From Eledone cirrhosa (Eukaryota), in the NCBI GenBank assembly GCA_964016885.1, contig OZ024745.1, positions 60,016,001-60,080,000 on the forward strand: a stretch of 64,000 bases of DNA. Direction: 5' to 3'. The translations under genes were made by a program, and so were the position numbers. Under the pieces are notes generated by a model. The model made no database searches, was not told where the DNA came from, and was given only the letters and a program-made list of their open reading frames with translations. Position 1 is the stretch's first letter, and each line of letters begins with the position of its first letter. Shown one piece after another: positions 1-12,350 of the stretch.

Positions 1-1311
1 ACTTGGAGTGAGAACCTCGACGTGGAGTGAGAACCTCGACTTGGAGTGAGAACCTCGACTTGGAGTGAAAACCTCGACTTGGAGTGAGAACCTCGACTTG
101 GAGTGAAAACCTCGACTTGGTGTGAGAACCTCGACTTGGAGTGAGAACCTCGACTTGGAGTGAAAACCTCGACTTGGAGTGAAAACCTCGACTTGGAGTG
201 AAAACCTCGACTTGGAGTGAGAACCTCGACTTGGAGTGAGAACCTCGACTTGGAGTGAGAACCTCGACTTGGAGTGAGAACCTCGACTTGCAGTGAAAAC
301 CTCGACTTGGAGTGAGAACCTCGACTTGCAGTGAAAACCTCGACTTGGAGTGAGAACCTCGACTTGCAGTGAAAACCTCGACTTGGAGTGAGAACCTCGA
401 CTTGGAGTGAAAACCTCGACTTGCAGTGAAAACCTCGACTTGGAGTGAGAACCTCGACTTGGAGTGAAAACCTCGACTTGGAGTGAAAACCTCGACTTGG
501 AATGAAAACCTCGACTTGGAGTGAGAACCTCGACTTGGAGTGAGAACCTCGACTTGGAGTGAGAACCTCGACTTGGAGTGAGAACCTCGACTTGGAGTGA
601 GAACCTCGACTTGGAGTGAGAACCTCGACTTGGAGTGTAAACTGCGACTCTGAGTGAAAACCTCGACTTGGAGTGAGAACCTCGACTTGGAGTGAAAACC
701 TCGACTTGGAGTGAGAACCTCGACTTGGAGTGAAAACCTCGACTTGGAGTGAAAACCTCGACTTGGAGTGAAAACCTCGACTTGGAGTGAGAACCTCGAC
801 TTGGAGTGAAAACCTCGACTTGGAGTGAAAACCTCGACTTGGAGTGAGAACCTCGACTTGGAGTGAGAACCTCGACTTGGAGTGAGAACCTCGACTTGGA
901 GTGAGAACCTCGACTTGGAGTGTAAACTGCGACTCTGAGTGAAAACCTCGACTTGGAGTGAGAACCTCGACTTGGAGTGAAAACCTCGACTTGGAGTGAG
1001 AACCTCGACTTGGAGTCAGAACCTCGACTTGGAGTCAGAACCTCGACTTGGAGTCAGAACCTCGACTTGGAGTCAGAACCTCGACTTGGAGTGAAAACCT
1101 CGACTTGGAGTGAAAACCTCGACTTGGAGTGAGAACCTCGACTTGGAGTGAGAACCTCGACTTGGAGTGAAAACCTCGACTTGGAGTGAGAACCTCTACT
1201 TGGAGTGAAAACCTCGACTTGGAGTGTAAACTGCGACTTGGAGTGAGAACCTCGACTTGGAGTGAAAACCTCGACTTGAAGTGTAAACTGCGACTTGGAG
1301 TGTAAACTGCG

Positions 1312-1710
1312 ACTTGGAGTGTAATGTACAACTTGGAGCATAATGTACAACTTGGAGCATAATGTACGACTTGGAGCATAATGTACGACTTAGAGTGTAA
1401 TGTAGGACTTAGAGTGTAATGTAGGACTTAGAGTGTAATGTAGGACTTAGAGTGTAATGTAGGACTTAGAGTGTAATGTAGGACTAGGAGCATAATGTAG
1501 GACTAGGAGCATAATGTACGACTTGGAGTGTAATGTAGGACTTGGAGTGTAATGTAGGACTTGGAGTGTAAACTGCGAGTTGAAATATAAATTGCGACTT
1601 GGATTGTAAACCTTGACTTGCAGTGTATTGAACAACTTGGGGTGTATACTGCGGCTTGGAGTGTAAACTGCGGCTCCGAATATAAACTACGACTTGCAGT
1701 GTCATATATG
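1312..1710. repeat. Diverged-monomer cassette copy 1 (21 x 19 bp = 399 bp)
   Basis: Monomer order: TGTAATGTACA; GCATAATGTAC(A/G) x3; ACTTAGAGTGTAATGTAGG x5; ACTAGGAGCATAATG x2; ACTTGGAGTGTAATGTAGG x2; then 8 distinct monomers ending ACTTGCAGTGTCATATATG. Confidence 0.95.
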
Positions 1711-2660
1711 ACTCTGAGTGAAAACCTCGACTTGGAGTGAAAACCTCGACTTGGAGTCAGAACCTCGACTTGGAGTGAGAACCTCGACTTGGAGTGAGAA
1801 CCTCGACTTGGAGTGAAAACCTCGACTTGGAGTGAGAACCTCGACTTGGAGTGAGAACCTCGACTTGGAGTGAGAACCTCGACTTGGAGTGAAAACCTCG
1901 ACTTGGAGTGAGAACCTCGACTTGGAGTGAAAACCTCGACTTGGAGTGAAAACCTCGACTTGGAGTGAAAACCTCGACTTGGAGTGAAAACCTCGACTTG
2001 GAGTGAGAACCTCGACTTGGAGTGAAAACCTCGACTTGGTGTGAGAACCTCGACTTGGAGTGAGAACCTCGACTTGGAGTGAGAACGTCGACTTGGAGTG
2101 AGAACGTCGACTTGGAGTGAGAACCTCGACTTGGAGTGAAAACCTCGACTTGGAGTGAAAACCTCGACTTGGAGTGAGAACCTCGACTTGGAGTGAGAAC
2201 CTCGACTTGGAGTGAAAACCTCGACTTGGAGTGAGAACCTCGACTTGGAGTGAGAACCTCGACTTGGAGTGAAAACCTCGACTTGGAGTGAGAACCTCGA
2301 CTTGGAGTGAGAACCTCGACTTGGAGTGAAAACCTCGACTTGGAGTGAAAACTTCGACTTGGAGTGAGAACCTCGACTTGGAGTGAGAACCTCGACTTGG
2401 AGTGAGAACCTCGACTTGGAGTGAAAACCTCGACTTGGTGCGAGAACCTCGACTTGGAGTTAAAACCTCGACTTGGAGTGAGAACCTCGACTTTGAGTGA
2501 GAACCTCGACTTGGAGTGAAAACCTCGACTTGGAGTGAGAACCTCTACTTGGAGTGAAAACCTCGACTTGGAGTGTAAACTGCGACTTGGAGTGAGAACC
2601 TCGACTTGGAGTGAAAACCTCGACTTGGAGTGTAAACTGCGACTTGGAGTGTAAACTGCG

Positions 2661-3059
2661 ACTTGGAGTGTAATGTACAACTTGGAGCATAATGTACAAC
2701 TTGGAGCATAATGTACGACTTGGAGCATAATGTACGACTTAGAGTGTAATGTAGGACTTAGAGTGTAATGTAGGACTTAGAGTGTAATGTAGGACTTAGA
2801 GTGTAATGTAGGACTTAGAGTGTAATGTAGGACTAGGAGCATAATGTAGGACTAGGAGCATAATGTACGACTTGGAGTGTAATGTAGGACTTGGAGTGTA
2901 ATGTAGGACTTGGAGTGTAAACTGCGAGTTGAAATATAAATTGCGACTTGGATTGTAAACCTTGACTTGCAGTGTATTGAACAACTTGGGGTGTATACTG
3001 CGGCTTGGAGTGTAAACTGCGGCTCCGAATATAAACTACGACTTGCAGTGTCATATATG
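2661..3059. repeat. Cassette copy 2
   Basis: Same 21-monomer order; 1349 bp (71 monomers) after copy 1. Confidence 0.95.
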
Positions 3060-5149
3060 ACTCTGAGTGAAAACCTCGACTTGGAGTGAAAACCTCGACT
3101 TGGAGTGAGAACCTCGACTTGGAGTGAGAACCTCGACTTGGAGTGAAAACCTCGACTTGGAGTGAGAACCTCGACTTGGAGTGAAAACCTCGACTTGGAG
3201 TGAAAACCTCGACTTGGAGTGAGAACCTCGACTTGGAGTGAAAACCTCGACTTGGAGTGAAAACCTCGACTTGGAGTGAGAACCTCGACTTGGAGTGAAA
3301 ACCTCGACTTGGAGTGAGAACCTCGACTTGGAGTGAAAACCTCGACTTGGAGTGAAAACCTCGACTTGGAGTGAGAACCTCGACTTGGAGTGAGAACCTC
3401 GACTTGGAGTGAAAACCTCGACTTGGAGTGAGAACCTCGACTTGGAGTGAGAACCTCGACTTGGAGTGAGAACCTCGACTTGGAGTGAAAACCTCGACTT
3501 GGAGTGAAAACCTCGACTTGGATTGAGAACCTCGACTTGGAGTGAAAACCTCGACTTGGAGTGAGAACCTCGACTTGGAGTGAGAACCTCGACTTGGAGT
3601 GAGAACCTCGACTTGAAGTGAGAACCTCGACTTGGAGTGAGAACCTCGACTTGGAGTGAGAACCTCGACTTGGAGTGAAAACTTCGACTTGGAGTGAGAA
3701 CCTCGACTTGGAGTGAGAACCTCGACTTGGAGTGAGAACCTCGACTTGGAGTGAGAACCTCGACTTGGAGTGATAACCTCGACTTGGAGTGAGAACCTCG
3801 ACTTGGAGTGAGAACCTCGACTTGGAGTGAAAACCTCGACTTGGAGTGAGAACCTCGACTTGGAGTGAAAACCTCGACTTGGAGTGAGAACCTCGACTTG
3901 GAGTGAAAACCTCGACTTGGAGTGAGAACCTCGACTTGGAGTGAAAACCTCGACTTGGAGTGAGAACCTCAACTTGGAGTGAGAACCTCGACTTTGAGTG
4001 AAAACCTCGACTTGGAGAGAGAACCTCGACTTGGAGTGAAAACCTCGACTTTGAGTGAAAACCTCGACTTGGAGTGAGAACCTCGACTTGGAGTGAGAAC
4101 CTCGACTTGGAGTGAGAACCTCGACTTGGAGTGAGAACCTCGACTTGGAGTGAGAACCTCGACTTGGAGTGAGAACCTCGACTTGGAGTGAGAACCTCGA
4201 CTTGGAGTGAAAACCTCGACTTGGAGTGAGAACCTCGACTTGGAGTGAAAACCTCGACTTGGAGTGAGAACCTCGACTTGGAGTGAAAACCTCGACTTGG
4301 AGTGAGAACCTCGACTTGGAGTGAAAACCTCGACTTGGAGTGAAAACCTCGACTTGGAGTGAGAACCTCGAATTGGAGTGAAAACCTCGACTTGGAGTGA
4401 GAACCTCGACTTGGAGTGAGAACCTCGACTTTGAGTGAAAACCTCGACTTGGAGAGAGAACCTCGACTTGGAGAGAGAACCTCGACTTGGAGTGAAAACC
4501 TCGACTTTGAGTGAAAACCTCGACTTGGAGTGAAAACCTCGACTTGGAGTGAGAACCTCGACTTGGAGTGGAAACCTCGACTTGGAGTGGAAACCTCGAC
4601 TTGGAGTGAAAACCTCGACTTGGAGTGAGAACCTCGACTTGGAGTGATAACCTCGACTTGGAGTGAGAACCTCGACTTGGAGTGAGAACCTCGACTTGGA
4701 GTGAAAACCTCGACTTGGAGTGAAAACCTCGACTTGGAGTGAAAACCTCGACTTGGAGTGAGAACCTCGACTTGGAGTGAGAACCTCGACTTGGAGTGAC
4801 AACCTCGACTTGGAGTGAGAACCTCGACGTGGAGTGAAAACTTCGACTTGGAGTGAGAACCTCGACTTGGAGTGAGAACCTCGACTTGGAGTGAGAACCT
4901 CGACTTGGAGTGAAAACCTCGACTTGGTGCGAGAACCTCGACTTGGAGTTAAAACCTCGACTTGGAGTGAGAACCTCGACTTTGAGTGAGAACCTCGACT
5001 TGGAGTGAAAACCTCGACTTGGAGTGAGAACCTCTACTTGGAGTGAAAACCTCGACTTGGAGTGTAAACTGCGACTTGGAGTGAGAACCTCGACTTGGAG
5101 TGAAAACCTCGACTTGGAGTGTAAACTGCGACTTGGAGTGTAAACTGCG

Positions 5150-5548
5150 ACTTGGAGTGTAATGTACAACTTGGAGCATAATGTACAACTTGGAGCATAA
5201 TGTACGACTTGGAGCATAATGTACGACTTAGAGTGTAATGTAGGACTTAGAGTGTAATGTAGGACTTAGAGTGTAATGTAGGACTTAGAGTGTAATGTAG
5301 GACTTAGAGTGTAATGTAGGACTAGGAGCATAATGTAGGACTAGGAGCATAATGTACGACTTGGAGTGTAATGTAGGACTTGGAGTGTAATGTAGGACTT
5401 GGAGTGTAAACTGCGAGTTGAAATATAAATTGCGACTTGGATTGTAAACCTTGACTTGCAGTGTATTGAACAACTTGGGGTGTATACTGCGGCTTGGAGT
5501 GTAAACTGCGGCTCCGAATATAAACTACGACTTGCAGTGTCATATATG
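5150..5548. repeat. Cassette copy 3
   Basis: Same order; +2489 bp (131 monomers). Confidence 0.95.
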
Positions 5549-8500
5549 ACTCTGAGTGAAAACCTCGACTTGGAGTGAAAACCTCGACTTGGAGTGAGAA
5601 CCTCGACTTGGAGTGAGAACCTCGACTTGGAGTGAAAACCTCGACTTGGAGTGAGAACCTCGACTTGGAGTGAAAACCTCGACTTGGAGTGAAAACCTCG
5701 ACTTGGAGTGAGAACCTCGACTTGGAGTGAAAACCTCGACTTGGAGTGAGAACCTCGACTTGGAGTGAAAACCTCGACTTGGAGTGAAAACCTCGACTTG
5801 GAGTGAGAACCTCGACTTGGAGTGAGAACCTCGACTTGGAGTGAAAACCTCGACTTGGAGTGAGAACCTCGACTTGGAGTGAGAACCTCGACTTGGAGTG
5901 AGAACCTCGACTTGGAGTGAAAACCTCGACTTGGAGTGAAAACCTCGACTTGGATTGAGAACCTCGACTTGGAGTGAAAACCTCGACTTGGAGTGAGAAC
6001 CTCGACTTGGAGTGAGAACCTCGACTTGGAGTGAGAACCTCGACTTGAAGTGAGAACCTCGACTTGGAGTGAGAACCTCGACTTGGAGTGAGAACCTCGA
6101 CTTGGAGTGAAAACTTCGACTTGGAGTGAGAACCTCGACTTGGAGTGAGAACCTCGACTTGGAGTGAGAACCTCGACTTGGAGTGAGAACCTCGACTTGG
6201 AGTGATAACCTCGACTTGGAGTGAGAACCTCGACTTGGAGTGAGAACCTCGACTTGGAGTGAAAACCTCGACTTGGAGTGAGAACCTCGACTTGGAGTGA
6301 AAACCTCGACTTGGAGTGAGAACCTCGACTTGGAGTGAAAACCTCGACTTGGAGTGAGAACCTCGACTTGGAGTGAAAACCTCGACTTGGAGTGAGAACC
6401 TCGACTTGGAGTGAGAACCTCGACTTTGAGTGAAAACCTCGACTTGGAGAGAGAACCTCGACTTGGAGTGAAAACCTCGACTTTGAGTGAAAACCTCGAC
6501 TTGGAGTGAGAACCTCGACTTTGAGTGAGAACCTCGACTTGGAGTGAGAACCTCGACTTGGAGTGAGAACCTCGACTTGGAGTGAGAACCTCGACTTGGA
6601 GTGAGAACCTCGACTTGGAGTGAGAACCTCGACTTGGAGTGAGAACCTCGACTTGGAGTGGAAACCTCGACTTGGAGTGAGAACCTCGACTTGGAGTGAA
6701 AACCTCGACTTGGAGTGAGAACCTCGACTTGGAGTGAAAACCTCGACTTGGAGTGAGAACCTCGACTTGGAGTGAAAACCTCGACTTGGAGTGAGAACCT
6801 CGACTTGGAGTGAAAACCTCGACTTGGAGTGAGAACCTCGACTTGGAGTGAAAACCTCGACTTGGAGTGAGAACCTCGACTTGGAGTGAGAACCTCGACT
6901 TTGAGTGAAAACCTCGACTTGGAGAGAGAACCTCGACTTGGAGAGAGAACCTCGACTTGGAGTGAAAACCTCGACTTTGAGTGAAAACCTCGACTTGGAG
7001 TGAAAACCTCGACTTGGAGTGAGAACCTCGACTTGGAGTGGAAACCTCGACTTGGAGTGGAAACCTCGACTTGGAGTGAAAACCTCGACTTGGAGTGAGA
7101 ACCTCGACTTGGAGTGATAACCTCGACTTGGAGTGAGAACCTCGACTTGGAGTGAGAACCTCGACTTGGAGTGAAAACCTCGACTTGGAGTGAAAACCTC
7201 GACTTGGAGTGAAAACCTCGACTTGGAGTGAGAACCTCGACTTGGAGTGAGAACCTCGACTTGGAGTGACAACCTCGACTTGGAGTGGAAACCTCGACTT
7301 GGAGTGAAAACCTCGACTTGGAGTGAAAACCTCGACTTGGAATGAGAACCTCGACTTGGAGTGAGAACCTCGACTTGGAGTGAAAACCTCGACTTGGAGT
7401 GAGAACCTTGACTTGGAGTGAGAACCTCGACTTGGAGTGAAAACCTCGACTTGGAGTGAGAACCTCGACTTGGAGTGAGAACCTCGACTTGGAGTGAGAA
7501 CCTCGACGTGGAGTGAGAACCTCGACTTGGAGTGAGAACCTCGACTTGGAGTGAAAACCTCGACTTGGAGTGAGAACCTCGACTTGGAGTGAAAACCTCG
7601 ACTTGGTGTGAGAACCTCGACTTGGAGTGAGAACCTCGACTTGGAGTGAGAACCTCGACTTGGAGTGAGAACCTCGACTTGCAGTGAAAACCTCGACTTG
7701 GAGTGAGAACCTCGACTTGGAGTGAAAACCTCGACTTGCAGTGAAAACCTCGACTTGGAGTGAGAACCTCGACTTGGAGTGAAAACCTCGACTTGGAGTG
7801 AAAACCTCGACTTGGAGTGAAAACCTCGACTTGGAGTGAGAACCTCGACTTGGAGTGAGAACCTCGACTTGGAGTGAGAACCTCGACTTGGAGTGAGAAC
7901 CTCGACTTGGAGTGAGAACCTCGACTTGGAGTGTAAACTGCGACTCTGAGTGAAAACCTCGACTTGGAGTGAGAACCTCGACTTGGAGTGAAAACCTCGA
8001 CTTGGAGTGAGAACCTCGACTTGGAGTGAGAACCTCGACTTGGAGTGAAAACCTCGACTTGGAGTGAAAACCTCGACTTGGAGTGAAAACCTCGACTTGG
8101 AGTGAGAACCTCGACTTGGAGTGAAAACCTCGACTTGGAGTGAAAACCTCGACTTGGAGTGAGAACCTCGACTTGGAGTGAGAACCTCGACTTGGAGTGA
8201 GAACCTCGACTTGGAGTGAGAACCTCGACTTGGAGTGTAAACTGCGACTCTGAGTGAAAACCTCGACTTGGAGTGAGAACCTCGACTTGGAGTGAAAACC
8301 TCGACTTGGAGTGAGAACCTCGACTTGGAGTCAGAACCTCGACTTGGAGTCAGAACCTCGACTTGGAGTCAGAACCTCGACTTGGAGTCAGAACCTCGAC
8401 TTGGAGTCAGAACCTCGACTTCGAGTGAAAACCTCGACTTGGAGTGAAAACCTCGACTTGGAGTGAGAACCTCGACTTGGAGTGAGAACCTCGACTTGGA

Positions 8501-8645
8501 GTGAAAACCTCGACTTGGAGTGAGAACCTCTACTTGGAGTGAAAACCTCGACTTGGAGTGTAAACTGCGACTTGGAGTGAGAACCTCGACTTGGAGTGAA
8601 AACCTCGACTTGGAGTGTAAACTGCGACTTGGAGTGTAAACTGCG

Positions 8646-9044
8646 ACTTGGAGTGTAATGTACAACTTGGAGCATAATGTACAACTTGGAGCATAATGTA
8701 CGACTTGGAGCATAATGTACGACTTAGAGTGTAATGTAGGACTTAGAGTGTAATGTAGGACTTAGAGTGTAATGTAGGACTTAGAGTGTAATGTAGGACT
8801 TAGAGTGTAATGTAGGACTAGGAGCATAATGTAGGACTAGGAGCATAATGTACGACTTGGAGAGTAATGTAGGACTTGGAGTGTAATGTAGGACTTGGAG
8901 TGTAAACTGCGAGTTGAAATATAAATTGCGACTTGGATTGTAAACCTTGACTTGCAGTGTATTGAACAACTTGGGGTGTATACTGCGGCTTGCAGTGTAA
9001 ACTGCGGCTCCGAATATAAACTACGACTTGCAGTGTCATATATG
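8646..9044. repeat. Cassette copy 4 (GGAGAGTAAT subtype)
   Basis: +3496 bp (184 monomers); variant GGAGAGTAAT near 8861; followed by GAACACTTCAAC. Confidence 0.95.
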
Positions 9045-9956
9045 ACTCTGAGTGAACACTTCAACTTGGAGTGAAAACCTCGACTTGGAGTGAGAACCTC
9101 GACTTGGAGTGAGAACCTCGACTTGGAGTGAAAACCTCGACTTGGAGTGAGAACCTCGACTTGGAGTGAAAACCTCGACTTGGAGTGAAAACCTCGACTT
9201 GGAGTGAGAACCTCGACTTGGAGTGAGAACCTCGACTTGGAGTGAGAACCTCGACTTGGAGTGAAAACCTCGACTTGGAGTGAGAACCTCGACTTGGAGT
9301 GAGAACCTCGACTTGGAGTGAGAACCTCGACTTGGAGTGAAAACCTCGACTTGGAGTGAGAACCTCGACTTGGAGTGAAAACCTCGACTTGGAGTGAAAA
9401 CCTCGACTTGGAGTGAAAACCTCGACTTGGAGTGAAAACCTCGACTTGGAGTGAGAACCTCGACTTGGAGTGAAAACCTCGACTTGGAGTGAGAACCTCG
9501 ACTTGGAGTGAGAACCTCGACTTGGAGTGAGAACGTCGACTTGGAGTGAGAACGTCGACTTGGAGTGAGAACCTCGACTTGGAGTGAAAACCTCGACTTG
9601 GAGTGAAAACCTCGACTTGGAGTGAGAACCTCGACTTGGAGTGAGAACCTCGACTTGGAGTGAAAACCTCGACTTGGAGTGAGAACCTCGACTTGGAGTG
9701 AGAACCTCGACTTGGAGTGAAAACCTCGACTTGGAGTGAAAACTTCGACTTGGAGTGAGAACCTCGACTTTGAGTGAGAACCTCGACTTGGAGTGAAAAC
9801 CTCGACTTGGAGTGAGAACCTCTACTTGGAGTGAAAACCTCTACTTGGAGTGAAAACCTCGACTTGGAGTGTAAACTGCGACTTGGAGTGAGAACCTCGA
9901 CTTGGAGTGAAAACCTCGACTTGGAGTGTAAACTGCGACTTGGAGTGTAAACTGCG

Positions 9957-10355
9957 ACTTGGAGTGTAATGTACAACTTGGAGCATAATGTACAACTTGG
10001 AGCATAATGTACGACTTGGAGCATAATGTACGACTTAGAGTGTAATGTAGGACTTAGAGTGTAATGTAGGACTTAGAGTGTAATGTAGGACTTAGAGTGT
10101 AATGTAGGACTTAGAGTGTAATGTAGGACTAGGAGCATAATGTAGGACTAGGAGCATAATGTACGACTTGGAGTGTAATGTAGGACTTGGAGTGTAATGT
10201 AGGACTTGGAGTGTAAACTGCGAGTTGAAATATAAATTGCGACTTGGATTGTAAAGCTTGACTTGCAGTGTATTGAACAACTTGGGGTGTATACTGCGGC
10301 TTGGAGTGTAAACTGCGGCTCCGAATATAAACTACGACTTGCAGTGTCATATCTG
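9957..10355. repeat. Cassette copy 5 (CATATCTG subtype)
   Basis: +1311 bp (69 monomers); CATATCTG end; private AAAGCTTG near 10253. Confidence 0.95.
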
Positions 10356-12350
10356 ACTCTGAGTGAAAACCTCGACTTGGAGTGAAAACCTCGACTTGGA
10401 GTGAGAACCTCGACTTGGAGTGAGAACCTCGACTTGGAGTGAAAACCTCGACTTGGAGTGAGAACCTCGACTTGGAGTGAAAACCTCGACTTGGAGTGAA
10501 AACCTCGACTTGGAGTGAGAACCTCGACTTGGAGTGAGAACCTCGACTTGGAGTGAGAACCTCGACTTGGAGTGAAAACCTCGACTTGGAGTGAGAACCT
10601 CGACTTGGAGTGAGAACCTCGACTTGGAGTGAGAACCTCGACTTGGAGTGAAAACCTCGACTTGGAGTGAGAACCTCGACTTGGAGTGAGAACCTCGACT
10701 TGGAGTGAAAACCTCGACTTGGAGTGAAAACCTCGACTTGGAGTGAAAACCTCGACTTGGAGTGAGAACCTCGACTTGGAGTGAAAACCTCGACTTGGAG
10801 TGAGAACCTCGACTTGGAGTGAGAACCTCGACTTGGAGTGAGAACCTCGACTTGGAGTGAAAACCTCGACTTGGAGTGAGAACCTCGACTTGGAGTGAGA
10901 ACCTCGACTTGGAGTGAGAACGTCGACTTGGAGTGAGAACGTCGACTTGGAGTGAGAACCTCGACTTGGAGTGAAAACCTCGACTTGGAGTGAAAACCTC
11001 GACTTGGAGTGAGAACCTCGACTTGGAGTGAGAACCTCGACTTGGAGTGAAAACCTCGACTTGGAGTGAGAACCTCGACTTGGAGTGAGAACCTCGACTT
11101 GGAGTGAAAACCTCGACTTGGAGTGAGAACCTCGACTTGGAGTGAGAACCTCGACTTGGAGTGAGAACCTCGACTTGGAGTGAAAACCTCGACTTGGAGT
11201 GAAAACTTCGACTTGGAGTGAGAACCTCGACTTGGAGTGAGAACCTCGACTTGGAGTGAGAACCTCGACTTGGAGTGAAAACCTCGACTTGGTGCGAGAA
11301 CCTCGACTTGGAGTTAAAACCTCGACTTGGAGTGAGAACCTCGACTTGGAGTGAAAACCTCGACTTGGAGTGAGAACCTCGACTTGGAGTGAGAACCTCG
11401 ACTTGGAGTGGAAACCTCGACTTGGAGTGAAAACCTCGACTTGGAGTCAGAACCTCGACTTTGAGTGAAAACCTCGACTTGGGGTGAGAACCTCGACTTG
11501 GAGTGAAAACCTCGACTTGGAGTGAGAACCTCGACTTGGAGTGAAAACCTCGACTTGGAGTGAAAACCTCGACTTGGAGTGAGAACCTCGACTTGGAGTG
11601 GAAACCTCGACTTGTAGTGAAAACCTCGACTTGGAGTGAAAACCTCGACTTGGAGTGAGAACCTCGACTTGGAGTGAGAACCTCGACTTGGAGTGAGAAC
11701 CTCGACTTGGAGTGAGAACCTCGACTTGGAGTGAGAACCTCGACTTGGAGTGAAAACCTCGACTTGGAGTGAGAACCTCGACTTGGAGTGAAAACCTCGA
11801 CTTGGAGTGAAAACCTCGACTTGGAGTGAAAACCTCGACTTGGAGTGAGAACCTCGACTTGGAGTGAGAACCTCGACTTGGAGTGACAACCTCGACTTGG
11901 AGTGAAAACCTCGACTTGGAGTGAGAACCTCGACTTGGAGTGAGAACCACGACTTGGAGTGAAAACCTCGACTTGGAGTGAGAACCTCGACTTGGAGTGA
12001 AAACCTCGACTTGGAGGGAAAACCTCGACTTGGAGTGAGAACCTCGACTTGGAGTGAGAACCTCGACTTGGAGTGAGAACCTCGACTTGGAGTGAGAACC
12101 TCGACTTGGAGTGAAAACCTCGACTTGGAGTGAAAACCTCGACTTGGAGTGAAAACCTCGACTTGGAGTGAGAACCTCGACTTGGAGTGAGAACCTCGAC
12201 TTGGAGTGAAAACCTCGACTTGGAGTGAGAACCTCTACTTGGAGTGAAAACCTCGACTTGAAGTGTAAACTGCGACTTGGAGTGAGAACCTCGACTTGGA
12301 GTGAAAACCTCGACTTGGAGTGTAAACTGCGACTTGGAGTGTAAACTGCG

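Noticed and set aside
7-22. Intra-monomer hairpin AGTGAG-AAC-CTC(G)ACT in G-type monomers
   Set aside because: The consensus gives only a 6-bp bulged stem with a 3-nt loop, which is too weak and too likely by chance to claim.
1217-1311. Forkhead-like GTAAAC motif in flank monomers
   Set aside because: GTAAACT does not match the RTAAAYA consensus, and short motif matches in a satellite are uninformative without binding data.
1388-1520. Telomeric repeat (TTAGAG, GTAGG and CTAGG resemble TTAGG/TTAGGG)
   Set aside because: There is no tandem canonical telomere motif, only partial matches inside 19-mers. Multi-kilobase HOR structure fits recombinational amplification rather than telomerase addition, although a subtelomeric location cannot be excluded.
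1447-1705. Recurrent 62-aa (MFNTLQ...) and 73-aa (MTLQVV...) ORFs in each cassette
   Set aside because: They are translations of diverged satellite monomers. Identity between copies reflects DNA duplication, not protein-level selection.
1312-1729. Cassette as a transposon (MITE, Helitron or SINE)
   Set aside because: It consists entirely of in-phase satellite-family monomers. I see no terminal inverted repeats, distinct target-site duplication, poly(A) tail or CTRR end placed just after the hairpin.
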